Of a DNA stretch of 64,000 bases, positions 1 through 11,770 are shown piece by piece. The stretch is from Phoronis australis (taxonomy: Eukaryota > Animalia > Phoronida). The stretch is from positions 1,401,860 to 1,465,859 of the forward strand of contig NMRA01000016.1 in NCBI GenBank assembly GCA_002633005.1, written 5' to 3'. The notes under the pieces are model-generated. The model ran no database searches and was not told where the DNA came from. It was given only the letters and a program-made list of their open reading frames with translations. The translations under genes and the position numbers were made by a program. Positions within the stretch are counted from its first letter, which is position 1; every line of letters begins with the position of its first letter.

Positions 1-499
1 CATTCGTGATACCTGAGCTTACGGTGAATATTTTGCGACTGGTTTCAAGCGGTTACCTCTTGGATTGATCTAGCTCAATTTTTGTACCCTGTATATGTTC
101 GTCTGGCGGGTACTCCCCACCACTGAAATTGTCTGGCAGTGACCAATTTTGATGCAATGGATGACGTAGCAGGTATCGAAGGCAGTTTTAAGTGGTTACC
201 AGAAAAGTTGATCTAGCTCAATTTTTGAGTGTAATTCTCTTGGCTTCCCTGACCACACCCACCAGAGCGAACCTGCCAGACGGCCATTTCCAAGCATCAG
301 GTTACCCACAGAGCACTGTGGCACCAGAGAAAATTGGTTACCTTTTCATGCCCAAAAAAGCTCTGGGATCCCGGTCTATACTGTATATAAAGATGATTTC
401 TTTGATAACGATTTATTATCTGACTAGTAAACTTGACACTACTAATCGCTACGTCATCAACTTGTGTGTTATTCAAAGAGCGGCCTCTGGGGTAAACTA

Positions 500-1399
500 A
501 AGTAACTACATTACACAATACAAGTCCACAATAAACTTATCAAACGTAGGCTCACCGATCTGTTTATTGGATGACGAACTGTCCTCTTCACTGGGTGTCG
601 AACTGGGCCTGTATTCACTCACACTGCTCAACATCGCAGCAGGGCTGCTTACAGGCTCTGGGCTAGAGACAACAGCATAAGGCGAATCACTGCTAGTTCC
701 CGGAATTGCATGCAGTGGGATACGTTCGGAGGCACGGGTGACAGTAGATGAAGTGCCTCCAGTCACTGTATATAGTGGCCACAGCTCGCGAGGCTTCTCG
801 CTTCAGAAACGCACTTCTCGGGAGTTGGCGACGGGGCACTGCTGGAAATCAACAGCGACGGTATGGTACTCTTCTTCAGGCGTTGTTTCGCAGGGACCTT
901 CATCAATTCAGCGTACATATCTGTCATAATCTGACGGCAGAGAATGCTTGCCACACACTCGGTAACCCTCCACTGCTTTGTACGTTGCGTGGACGGGTAG
1001 CGCTGCGTTCTTCAGATGAACGAGCTAGCCAAGTACGGCGAAGTGTGTCATCCTTCGGAAAGCGACGCAAGGTACCCAAAGCGCGTGTGAGACGATAATG
1101 AGTACATCCCGGCACGCAGCAACAGCGTGGCATGTTGACTGACTTGTAAACAAAACCAAACGACGACCGAACTTATCACAACCAAGGTAGAACAATGACT
1201 GATTCGACAGCTCTCACAGTCAGACTATAATGAAAAGAAATTGGCGCGAAACTCTTGCCTCCCAAAACGTCACTTCCGGAGTAGAGGACGAGCAATTAAT
1301 CAAATTACGAAAAGCTGTAATTAAGTGAAAAATGTGTCTGGGATAATAAACGAGCCTTGTTTTTGCTAAAAATGACATGAAAGAGGGTTGCCTTCGCCT
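500..1399 (-). mobile_element. Kolobok-like DNA transposon relic, 5' end
   Basis: Minus strand reads TTAA (1403-1400) then AGGCGAAGGCAACCC, about 270 bp upstream of the THAP ATG. TTAA target, purine-purine terminus and N-terminal THAP are Kolobok hallmarks. The other end was not found; the left coordinate is approximate. Confidence 0.55.
556..1133 (-). pseudogene. Frameshifted THAP zinc-finger gene (N-terminal exon of a Kolobok-like transposase)
   Basis: MPRCCCVPGC...RFPKDDTLRRTWL (ORF 924-1133) continues in shifted frames as YRVCGKH, then DMYAELMKVPAKQRLKKSTIPSL (C2CH THAP signature plus AVP-box equivalent), then RSAFLKREASR and a Ser-rich linker ending at a GTGAG donor (555-551). At least three frameshifts. 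Confidence 0.75.
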
Positions 1400-2693
1400 T
1401 TAACGCTCATTGATTCTTTTGTTATGCAAAATCAGGACACTGCAACTACACAATTGTTTGAATGATCTCCTGGACTGATGAGGGTGTACGAGTATTTTGG
1501 CTGCTATTGAAGTGTCAGTATATATTCATCTATCTGCCTATTTCAGGCCCGTAGGAAGGCAACAATTATTGGGGGGCACAAACCATTTCGACTTTGCCAA
1601 ACGACCCCCCCCCATCGCCACCACCTCCGCCATCCCCCACCTTTGCACCCGCGCTCCCAATGCCACCATATTTGTACCGAATCTCCCACGCGTCCGCCCT
1701 AGGTAGGGGGCACAGTGTCGGATTTAGGGGTGGCCAAGGGGGCTATGCCTCTCTAAAATTCTCCCAGACTCCAGTATGCCCCCCTAAAATTCTCCCAGAT
1801 TCCAGTTGGCAGTTCGAAGGTGTGAATTTCTGACGGGTAAAACCCTGGCTAATACCCCCGACTCAAAATCTTGGATACGCTCCTGGGACAATCCCAGTGA
1901 TGAATCCATCAAGAGTTGAGTAACCGTGAATCAACACGGAGAGTAAGAAGGGGCCTAGGACCAGTACACTGACCGGTAGCGAGGAGCTGCCTCAAGTAGC
2001 TATAGCCGATATCTAACAGTGTGAAAATACCAAATTTCCGATGGACTTTAAAGCTAGTTGCTGGTCAGCTCAGCTGTGATTAACTTGAGACGGGCAGCTT
2101 GTACCGGCCGTCTGCGCTCGCTCTAACGTCAAGATTCGTTTTATTGTGATCCAGTTTAAGGAAAACTTTATATTGTTATGGTCATTCTTTGAAGGAGATT
2201 TTTTTTGAAAAGGTGAGGTCCCAAAGTCCCTGGTATAGTGCCTTTGGGACTTTTTCAAAATGTTTAGTTGAAATACGACAGGTAGTCCAGTTTCTGGTGG
2301 CTGGGGAAAAGGATAGTGTGTCCCAAAAATGTACATACTTCCTGAACGCGCCTGGAGTTCAAATTCACTGAGATTCTGCGCGGGCCTACAGCAGGGTTAC
2401 ATCTTATTTTTAACGTGGCTACGTCAGTCATGACGTGCACGCGAATCAGGACAAACAATCAATTCAGTTTGAACAGAAATTCATTGCTCAAGACTACTAA
2501 AAACACCAAGGAAGTGCAAAGACAACCTTTCCATGCAATGAGTTTAATTTATTTATTTAAGGATTTATAAAACCTTTTTTCTATCTACGGTTTGTGAGTC
2601 CGAATTTCATCAATGTCTTTGAGAGTTATATTAGATATGCAAAAATCGTCTGTAAGTGTACTTTACTATTTGGGGATCGGATTATAGAGTTTT

Positions 2694-3085
2694 TCCAATC
2701 TTTTTACTCGAAATGGAACTCGAAATTAGGTTTGGCATTTTCTACTCTACTTTTGGGCGAACTCAAGATAAGTGTCTATTATTCGATGCTCGAGTACACA
2801 ATAACTTACGTAGATAATTTATTGCTCTTAGTTCACAGTTTGTAAATCCAATATTAAAGCAATAAGTTCGAGTTTGAACTCGAAATTTCAAGTTTTTACT
2901 CGAGTTTGTAGCACGAATATCAGGGTCTTCAAGGGCAAACTTGAACTAGAAACTTCTATACATAAACTATAATGTATTCGAGCAAAGTCTGATAACCAAT
3001 TATCTTAAGTTCGCACAAAAAGAGCAAAGAAATTGCCAAAAATACTTTCGAGTTCGTTTCGAGTACAAAGATTAGAGACCGGGCC
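2694..3085. mobile_element. PIF/Harbinger-like MITE, copy 1 (left end slightly truncated)
   Basis: Near-identical to 58554-58945. Internally palindromic; right end GAGACCGGGCC followed by CAG. Confidence 0.75.
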
Positions 3086-5147
3086 CAGGCTGCAATTAAA
3101 TTCACTGAAACATCAATTCTTACAAAATTAGCTTCTAATTGTCAAAAATCATCTGTGAATCTATCGATTTTCGTAGAGTACATAAACAAGTAAATCAGAA
3201 ACCAACGAATTTTGTTTATCAAAACCGAATGTTATAAGCAATTTCCGCATGCATGCTTACAGACTTTTGACGGGTAACCTGGGGAATACGGCAGATAGGG
3301 CATCCGTTTAAGAGATACCTATAACTAACTGTTCACGAGGTAAACTTGAACACCACTGACAAAAAATGCTGAAATCTTTGTTTATGGTTGCGAGAGTTCT
3401 TTGAGTACCCCCTTTCGACATGTACACGGTCATCACAAATAGTAGCCTAGACAGCAATGTTTTGCGCACGTGAGAATTCCTTACAAACAACTCATATTAA
3501 TGATCTTCAAAAGAGATACTATTCTTGTGATACTACGGGAAACAGTAACATTGTTTTATAACTAACCATCTGAAATAGTCCTTTTGTGTAATTCACGAAT
3601 GGTGGTTTTCACGTTCTTCAAAATTCCACCCTGGCTTTCAATGGCGGCAATCCTACTGTATTTTTTTACATTTTTGGTTGTTTGGGTCGAATGGCTGTGC
3701 TATGCACGAATGTTTTGTTGTTTTTTTGATGAATTTGGAATATCAACTTCCATCGTGAATACTTGGTAGTGTCGGATTTACATGTATAGAGGGACAAACG
3801 GACATTTCCCCCGAACTGCTCCACCGAGAGAGGGTGCCGTCTGAAATTGGACACCTTAAGATGAAAGGCTAAACATCATTAAGCTTGGAAAAAAGAGTGA
3901 CAGTGCATTCCACCGTCGTGTGGTCCCAAAACGATGCAGGGAGTGACCTCCTTCAACATGAAAGCCGGTTGCACGATTTCATAAAAATAGGAAATCGATT
4001 CCAGCATTGGGCCCTCTCTCCGTGAGCGGCCCCTTAAGAATTTGTCAATTTAAACACAAAAAGGTGGCCACTTGAATTTCATTAATGGCCTCCTTCGAGG
4101 GTGGAGCCCCTAAATATGAAAATATATATGTTTTCAAATATCAGGAAATGCGCAGCAATTGATGTTATCTGTCAGGTCATCAATTTTTCTCAAGTAATAT
4201 ACAGTTTCGAGAAAAAAAATAAAGCGAAAGTTGTCTCCGTTATCCCTTGCCAGAGAGGGGCATCTGGAAAAATATATTTTTGCATTCGCAAATTTGACTT
4301 ATTGAATAACAAATCCAGTAAATTAGTATGCTCCGCAAAAGCTTCGCTTTACAAATTTTCACGATTTTTTGAAATATATGTATGATTGATTTCGTGCACG
4401 TTTTCAAGTGCGTTTAGACGACCTGTGCTGCAAAAGCGGATACTCTAACAACAATGTCCTGGCCAGGGTCCTCAAAAGGTAAACCATGCACTGATGCAGA
4501 GTTGTTAAATGTTCGCTTGAATTTTCTCTCTTACCCGTATTTCGCAGTCTTTCTTTTCTCGACTGTCCCCGGCCCCACGCCTATGTCGGTTGCCACGGTT
4601 TAACCATTACGTCCCGCCCCGCTTACTGCGGCCCTGCATTTCTATGTATTCGTGTCTTCTGTCTCTCTCTGTCTGTGTACGTGTTTGTCTGTCGGTCTGC
4701 GCCGTATTTGCATGAAACAGTTCCCTGTGACTAATAATCATATCATGATGAAATGCCTTTTCAGAAAGTTAAAACCCAATTTCCGTTGAGAATAAGAGCT
4801 TTTGTTAATTTATGTATTTGAGTCAATTTAGATTGTTTACATACAAGTGTAAACTTTAATCAACAATATCCCCATTAAAGTTTTGATGTAAATACTGTAT
4901 GCCTTTTTAGTGCTTTAAATTTTCTAGATTTCACGCGCTTCACTAACTTACAATGCATGGCGATATGTCGCACAAACTTGGTCTCGGCGTTTTGCAAGAA
5001 ACTGTCTCTACGGAACGCAGCCCAGGTTGAACAAACCTTAGTTACCAAGAAACCTTATGATGGCGCCATACTGCAATTGTGCAATCAGCTATCAGAGAAT
5101 AATGGATTGGTTCTGGGTTAAACCAAGAAAGGACACTTCAAGGTAAA

Positions 5148-5153
5148 TTTATT
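5148..5153 (-). terminator. Polyadenylation signal of gene A
   Basis: AATAAA on the minus strand about 57 nt after the TAG stop. Confidence 0.55.
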
Positions 5154-5209
5154 GAAATGAAAATTCGTGTTCACATGATAAAATTGAAAAGCAACTTTGT
5201 TTCTTGGTT

Positions 5210-5349
5210 CTACGGAAGCTCCTCAATGAGAACCGAACATCCGCTGTTGTAGCATGTTTGCGCATTGCCTATCAGTAGCCCGTAGCACGGCCCAACGTGC
5301 AGCTTGACCTGTATGTTGCCAGACCCACTGACGTAGCACAAACCAGAAA
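5210..5349 (-). CDS. Gene A exon 6 (terminal; end of CTHRC1 domain)
   Basis: Acceptor cttttttacag; (F)SGLCYVSGSGNIQVKLHVGPCYGLLIGNAQTCYNSGCSVLIEELP-TAG. Confidence 0.88.
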
Positions 5350-8300
5350 CTGTAAAAAAGATTGCAATGCCATTTTAAAGCACTTACTCATTCCACTATT
5401 CTGCCTTAAGTAATAGCTGGGATTTTTTGGATTCCATGGAGGTAGTGCTGACGATGGAGGGGTGGTGGTGGTAATGGTGATGATTACGGCGGTGATGATG
5501 GGGTTGGTGATCTTCGTAAAGATACTGGTGATTCTGGTTGTGATGTTGTTGGTGATGGTGTTGTTGATGCTGGTGGTGACTTTGATGGTGGGTGGCGGTG
5601 GTGGTGGCGTTAGTGGTGGTGGTGAATGTGGTTGTGGTGTTGACGATTGTGGTGGTAGAGGTGGTGGTGGTGACGATACTGATCGTACTGGCGAGAGCCA
5701 AGCCCTTATGGCGCCAAACTTGTAACGCGTCATTAAGATTCAATGTGTAAACGTAATGACTTTAAACAATGCCGTAGATCGCAGTTATTAAAAATTGACA
5801 GAAATGAAACTGATAAGCTGAAATCTAATTTTAAGGCCAAACTCCAAGTCAATTGTTAAATCTTCAGTAAAATTATCAAGAAAAATTACAAATTCAGCTA
5901 AAAAGTTACCTCAACATTTGAGTGAATCTTAGGTTAATGTCTTCTGAAATGAAAATTAATAAATAGAAACACCTGTTGAAAAAGATGTTTTGAACAAAAA
6001 TAACTTACATTCGTTGCCTCTGTGGACAGTTACAGTCTTCGGATTCTGGTACACTATAGTGTCAATTGGACCGCGATTTGTGCACTCCTGGCCGTTGAAG
6101 GTGAAGTACCAACGATTACAGCGAACCCCGGCTCCTGCAGAACCATGCATGCCAAGAACGCCACTCCACGTGACCCGCAGCCAAGTATAACTGTTCCTCT
6201 TGTAGAAATACATGTTCTGAAATGTAACACAGTTTTGTTTAAAATGAGGAAGTCGCGAAAATAGAAATCACATAGACAAGGGGACAGATCAACAATTGGT
6301 CGGACTTCAAAACCACTTGCTGACTTCAAAACCAGCTTGCTTCAACGCAAAACCAAATGGCCGGTGTTATAACTTGGTGGTCAAACTTCAAAACGGATTG
6401 GCCAGTACCTCAAACCAACTGGTTTGCCGGACCTATAATGGTTGGTTGGTGCTCAAACACAATAGCCGAACAAGTCAACGATTTTGAGCAAACAAACGGT
6501 ACGAAAAATAAACACTAGATGATGTCATTTGAATCCTTCGAGACTTTCGAAACGAAACTCTGAGAAAGTCCGGCCCTCGTGTTTGATCACAGGCCAACAG
6601 GTTGAAGCACCGTACATCGTGTTTTGGCTCCAGCCAACTAGTTTTTTGGATAAGGCCATCGCGTTTTGAAGTCCTGGCAACACGTTTGATTACCGACCAT
6701 TGGGTTTTGCAGTCTAGCTGACTGGTTTTGAAGTCCGACCAATTGTTGATTCCACCCTTGAGAGAACTTAAGATATAGCCCGTCTCGTTTGATTTGCCTT
6801 ATTTATAATAGATTTATTTATTCATTAATGTAATATTCTCAACAAGGGTAGCCCAGTCAGTTCACAGTGCTTTCCATGAGGGACCTTAGGGCCTTCGCTG
6901 CGCATGCGTCCTACTTCTCGTGCACATTATCATTATGAAATTTCTGCATCGTCGCCAAGGCATAGTTTGAACAAAACATCTTCCCTGTAAGTTGGTATGC
7001 AAGATCCCTCATTTTCTTTTATTTGTTAATGAAATACAATAACTGGAGTGTATTACACCATTTTTGCTTGCTTTGACGTCTGCCCGCAAGAAGCTGTATC
7101 TAGTGTAGAGAGGGAATACTCGATGCCATCAAGAAATGACGTCATAGTTGGAGCGCTTCTTGGTGTATGACTTGTCATATGACGGAAGCCCGCACAGGCG
7201 CAAATAACTTTCAATTGCGAGAGGAACTTTGAAGCTACGAAAATACCCGAGATGTTCCGAATGATACTGTACTATGTCCATTTGGTACTCCTCTGGTTTG
7301 TTCGCAACCCCAAATTGTTCCTCGGCTGTGAACGATATCTGCGCATGTGCAAACTTTAGTCATACGTCAAGTCACGAGAGTGATTTTCAAACTGGAGAAT
7401 GATTGACCTCATGAGTGAAGTCCGCGTGTACGCAGATAACGTTACCCTGTGAGGGAAAATTTGCGGCTGCAAAAATATCCGAATGTATTACTTCATTAAA
7501 ATGACCTCAACTTGTTCCTAACTCAAATTAAAAGTGACGTCAGGACTTGATTGGGGATTAGAGTTCGTGGTTCTTGTGTTAGATTAGTTCTCAAACAAAC
7601 AAACAAAACGTTTACATTAGTTTTCGAATTAGACTTTGGAGAGCAATACCGATTTTCCTCTGCCCCCAACCACCCCACCCCCATACTCTTTACTTTGGTG
7701 AACACCGGCCAATGCTTTAACAAAGTTGATTTTCACGTGGTACGGAAATTCATAACCTGAAAAGTGGTTGCAATTTCGCGTCTTAGTGCTGGTGTTTAAT
7801 ACAGTCTCGTCGGCAAGTTTTCTCATCAAGTTGAAGAGGTTCCCATTTGTTATAGAGGTTGTAGTATTTTATATATATATTTTTTTTTTGGCGTTGCGCG
7901 AAACACACTGGTGTTTCGTGCAACGCCAAAAATCTGAAATCCAAAAGCAAAAATAGATACCTACCGCAATGATGCCATTGTCGGTGTGAGACGTCCAAGC
8001 CCGGTTCCAGTAGTAGTAGCGTCTGTTACTGTAACCACGAAATACATGTGTATGGAGGATTGTAGAAAACGCTGGTCCAGAAAGGATGCAGACATTATCT
8101 CAAATGGGGCGTTGTGCTGCTGAACATGTTCTCCTTATGTACAGTACCGTAATACAAACTTCTCTGGTCTCCAACGAAATATGACTCTCGACTACATCAG
8201 GTTTCTCGTTTCGTTTTTTTTTCTTGAAACTTTGACTCGTTACGCAAGGAAAAAGTTTACTTTCACAGGTTCAATTGGAGAAAAAAAAAACTCCTCCTTG

Positions 8301-10584
8301 TGAGGATTTCAAGGCGACTGTTTTGTAAAGAAAACTACAATGGCGTAACGTAAGTCCCCGCTTTCCAATGAAAGCATTTATGAAGACTCGTTTATGTTTG
8401 GACGTTGAAAGTAAGCACTTACCTGAAACTGCTGAGCCGATTGTTAACTTCCTGGAATAGATAAATATTGCTGACTATTACGGATAGACAAATGTTATTT
8501 ATTTATTTATTGTATTATTTACAATGAGGGTAACCCCATCAGTTTTCATGGGTTTCCATGGGGGCCGTCAGTAAAACCATACAAAGTGAGACAAACAAAC
8601 AGAATTGCAAAACGAAAGACAAGATTTAAATGATCAACGATGAATATAAAACTAAAATGGAAAGACTGAAATTATAAGTAAAATTTATAAAAACAATAAA
8701 TATGGGATACTAAAAGTGTAACAACATTATTAAAATAAAAAGAGAAAGTCTGAAGACGCCCTTGACAATGCGACAAATCTTAGTTGTCATTTACTATTCC
8801 AATACAACCGGAATCACAAGTACAGCCATTTTAGCAGATCGTTTTCTTTGAAGTCAAACCTATCAACATCTTTGCAAACTGTCTCAAGTCCAACGTTCCG
8901 CTAAACCAGATCTTGTCCGACCTTCAAGATCTCGAGAATTTGAATGTCTGTTTAACACTCTAAAAACGTTCTGTTATGTCGGATCGTGGATCATAGTTAG
9001 ACTGAATTTAAACATACGCAGTTTTAGAATAAACCAAAATTTGTAGTTCTTAAAAAAGCAGTTTCCCGTGGACAATATGTCATAAAACTTCCTCCGAATT
9101 AAAACGTTGGAATTATTGTCTTTCCTATCAGCTCTCGACAGTTTAGCAAGAAATAAGAATGATTATGCATCGGAATATTTAAATTCATGACATCTTGCAT
9201 GATGAAGACAATTTCGTGAGGAAAAGCGTCCTGTTTGCAAACCAAAGTGGTAGTGTCAACTTTTCTGGCAACTTTCAGTATCGCGAAATGTCTGCGGCAT
9301 GTTTTAGTTTTATTAAAAATATCAAAATGCAAAACTAGACAGTAGCATTTTAGTGAAACCTGAACGTTCAGAGAAATATCGCATTTTAGCAGTAGTAGAT
9401 ATGGCGCTTTCGGAATGGGGAGACTTATTAGCATTCTTCTCATACCTATTTTAGTACAGTCATCTTTCTATCAAAAAACTGAGAAAGGGACTCAGTCGTA
9501 GTAATGTAGAGAGATAACAGTAACGTGTAACTCAAGCATTTGGTAAACTTACGTTCACTCGTTGTTCCAGCTTGTAGATTCTCTCTGAAAATGGAACGTG
9601 AAGTCTTATTTTTAAATACCATAAACTTACGTTCACTCGTTGTTCCAGTTTTCAGATTCTCTCTGAAGATTGGTCATGAATAGTTCTATTTCTAAATATT
9701 GAAAACTTACGTTCGCTCGTTGTTTCCGTTTGTAGATTCTCTCCGAATAGTCGACGGAGATATCTTCAGTTTTAGGCTAACATACGTTGCTTTTGTTTTT
9801 TGTGCTTTTGTGCGTGCATGCCAGTGTTGATTTCAATTAACAGCTACGATAGCACGGTATTTTGTGGTCCAACTGGGTCATCTCATCCGTAAGAATTTAC
9901 GCTAACATCCGTGCATTTGTATTACCGTCAATGATGTAAACGTTGTCGGAGTACAATCTGAATAGACTTACTCTTCCTTTTTGAATTCAAATTTAACCTT
10001 TATGTTGCAAAGAAATACACAGCATAACTTACATCTTAACGGAAGGCGAGTTATAACATATAAGAAAAAGGTTAGTTTCAGAAGACTCGATTATCAAATA
10101 ATATATTTGGAAACAAATGCAAAACAAAACAAGAGTCTTTGTTGTTTCATTACATTGTTCACCATTGTATTGATATCAAATTGAGTAATTTTGGTTTCTG
10201 CTATTTCATGATGTAGGCCTAATAAGACTCAAGCGATTATCTCTCCATATAGTTTCGCAATTCATACGATTTTAATTTTACCCGATTTTTATTCCTGTCG
10301 TAATGAAGCCCGGAAGTGAACGTTTTCTCAACAGTTAGTCTCTGTCACGTTTTTGAAGGGGCATCTTAGAGTACCGTGAACGAACGTCCTCGGATATGCA
10401 TCACGCATAAAAAATATTAATAAGATCATAATTGATGCAGTACCGCGTACTTGCTGACATTCAAAATGACAAAAATCAAGAACTAACCTCCAGTTCCGCA
10501 ACAACAATCGGCGTTGGCGAACTTTGAATCCACAATCAGCAGTGCGAGAACGACCGCACTAAGAAGTTTAAACCAACAACCCAT
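5210..10584 (-). CDS. CTHRC1: Gene A: secreted CTHRC1-like protein lacking the collagen repeat (6 exons, 189 aa)
   Basis: Exons 10584-10488, 9584-9553, 8451-8423, 8028-7965, 6216-6009 and 5349-5210 all have GT-AG sites and join in frame (570 nt): MGCWFKLLSAVVLALLIVDSKFANADCCCGTG-ERIYKLEQRVN-EVNNRLSSF-SNRRYYYWNRAWTSHTDNGIIA-NMYFYKRNSYTWLRVTWSGVL...CNRWYFTFNGQECTNRGPIDTIVY...-FSGLCYVSGSGNIQVKLHVGPC...GNAQTCYNSGCSVLIEELP*. RWYFTFNG.EC..P.I and IEELP are CTHRC1 C-domain motifs. The symbol denotes family, not proven orthology. Confidence 0.88.
5455..5675. repeat. Degenerate (GGT/GAT/GTT)n trinucleotide repeat in gene A intron 5
   Basis: Visible run of ggt/gat/tgt triplets. It accounts for the low-complexity ORFs at 5272-5743. 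Confidence 0.9.
6009..6216 (-). CDS. Gene A exon 5 (CTHRC1 domain core)
   Basis: Acceptor tttcag, donor gtaagt, 208 nt. Same length as gene B exon 5; 46/69 aa identical by manual alignment. Confidence 0.92.
6277..6760. mobile_element. Palindromic MITE with long imperfect TIRs in gene A intron 4
   Basis: Left CAAGGGGACAGATCAACAATTGGTCGGACTTCAAAACCA pairs with right TGGTTTTGAAGTCCGACCAATTGTTGATTCCACCCTTG. A related left arm lies at about 33562-33835. Confidence 0.7.
7965..8028 (-). CDS. Gene A exon 4
   Basis: Acceptor gttacag, donor gtaggt. (S)NRRYYYWNRAWTSHTDNGIIA is homologous to gene B exon 4, RRRVMYYYWPSYWTSNVDSGTVV. Confidence 0.85.
8423..8451 (-). CDS. Gene A exon 3 (29-nt micro-exon)
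   Basis: ttccag/GAAGTTAACAATCGGCTCAGCAGTTTCAG/gtaagt. Phase 0 to 2, as in gene B exon 3. Confidence 0.75.
8495..8570 (-). mobile_element. Probable LINE/SINE 3' tail fragment; similar piece at about 6832-6890
   Basis: (TTTA)n run followed by gggtaaccccatcagt...tttccatggggcc, resembling 6832-6890 (gggtagcccagtcagt...tttccatgagggacc). Confidence 0.35.
9545..9750 (-). repeat. Three tandem copies (78-80 bp period) of the exon-2 cassette
   Basis: Exon-like units at 9553-9584 (intact), 9631-9662 (TAC>TGA stop, splice sites intact) and 9711-9742 (acceptor AG>GG). Confidence 0.9.
9553..9584 (-). CDS. Gene A exon 2 (32-nt micro-exon, intact copy)
   Basis: ttttcag/AGAGAATCTACAAGCTGGAACAACGAGTGAAC/gtaagt encodes ERIYKLEQRVN. 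It differs from gene B exon 2 (ERIYKVEQRVN) almost only by synonymous changes. Confidence 0.88.
10488..10584 (-). CDS. Gene A exon 1 (signal peptide)
   Basis: aaaATGG context; hydrophobic LLSAVVLALLIV followed by an ANA/D cleavage-like site; donor gttagt, phase 1. Homologous to gene B exon 1. Confidence 0.85.
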
Positions 10585-10629
10585 TTTGGCAAAGGATGAT
10601 GGAATAATTCGAACAATAAAGGACAGTCT

Positions 10630-10637
10630 TATTTATA
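10630..10637 (-). promoter_or_regulatory. TATA box of gene A
   Basis: TATAAATA on the minus strand about 50 nt upstream of the ATG. Confidence 0.55.
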
Positions 10638-11357
10638 TGCACGCTATCCTTTACGTGTCTAATAAACCAAATTTCATATCGTTGTTATAGTGAAATGCGT
10701 TCCTCCAATGAAACCTTCTTCAGCTCTTTGCCGATGTCGATGATTGGTCGACGTTAATTTACGAATTACACCTCCCTGCTAAAACGGTGAGTACACGGCT
10801 CACCTCCTTACTCACCGTCCCGTATATCACTTGTACTAGTCACATTCATTAACACGAACCTGTCACGCTTGAACACGTTTTACTTTTTAGCATTACCGTG
10901 TCGGACACTGTTCCAGTTTTGGTATTAAAGCTGCTGCTCCTACTGTCCTGGTAAAGTAACAATACTGTTATTAGACTGTCACTTCCAGCGTGGCATACTC
11001 CAGTAAATTAGACTGTCACTTCTAGTTTTGATACTGCGGTAAGGTTACTGCTACTGCTAGAGTTTTAACACTTTTAAAAAATCACTGTGACTGCTGTTGC
11101 TGTTACTGCTACAGATAATTGTCATTCTTAACTCTGCTGCAATTGTTGCTGCTATCATTGCTACCGCTAATATTAATGGTACTGCTACTGTTTAAGTTAA
11201 AGTGGTATAGAACGTGAAAAAGAGACTAAATCGCATTATTCGAAGTGGTTTTCTCCACAGGCGGTTTTAGGGGGGTGCAGAGGGCACCCCCCCCCCTTGG
11301 CTGCCGCCAAAATATAAAGCAGCAAGAGCTTGAGGAAACATTGAGTTTATTAACTAA

Positions 11358-11716
11358 CCAGCTGCTCCAGTTCCTGCTGCGGCTGCTGCTGTTGCTGCTC
11401 CGGCTGCTGCTCCTGCTGCAGCTGCTGTTGCTGCTGCTGCATTCGCTACTCCGGCTGCTGCTCCTGCTGCTGATCCTGCTGCAGCTGCTGTTGCTCCTGC
11501 TGCAGTGCTCGCTGCTCCGGCTACTGCTCATGCTGCTGTTGCTGCTACTACTGCTACTAATAGTACCAAGACTACAACTCCAGCACTGCTATTAATACTA
11601 CTACAACTACTAATGCTTCTGCTACTACTACGACCAGTACTACTTCTGTCCGCATCATCATCATCATCACCATCACCATCACCATCACCATCACCATCAC
11701 CATCACCATCATCAGC

Positions 11717-11748
<32 letters not shown>

Positions 11749-11770
11749 TAGTAGTAGTGACAGTAGTAAT
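11358..11770. repeat. Compound trinucleotide repeat (CTG/CTA/CAT-CAC/CAG/TAG)
   Basis: Directly visible. It accounts for the poly-L/S/A/DG ORFs at 11226-11822. Confidence 0.92.

Noticed and set aside
41-228. About 45-bp imperfect direct repeat containing TTGATCTAGCTCAATTTTTG twice
   Set aside because: Only two copies at the window edge; probably internal repeats of a truncated element.
5272-5743. Pro/Thr/His/Val-rich ORFs of 87-153 aa
   Set aside because: Translations of an intronic trinucleotide repeat; the real exon 6 is in a different frame.
7629-7829. Possible extra gene A exon after the acceptor ttttcag near 7757
   Set aside because: No counterpart in gene B, and the frame is already complete without it.
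9545-9750. Repeat-spacer-repeat layout superficially like a CRISPR array
   Set aside because: Eukaryotic intron; the repeats are exon copies with splice sites, the spacers resemble each other, and there are no cas genes.
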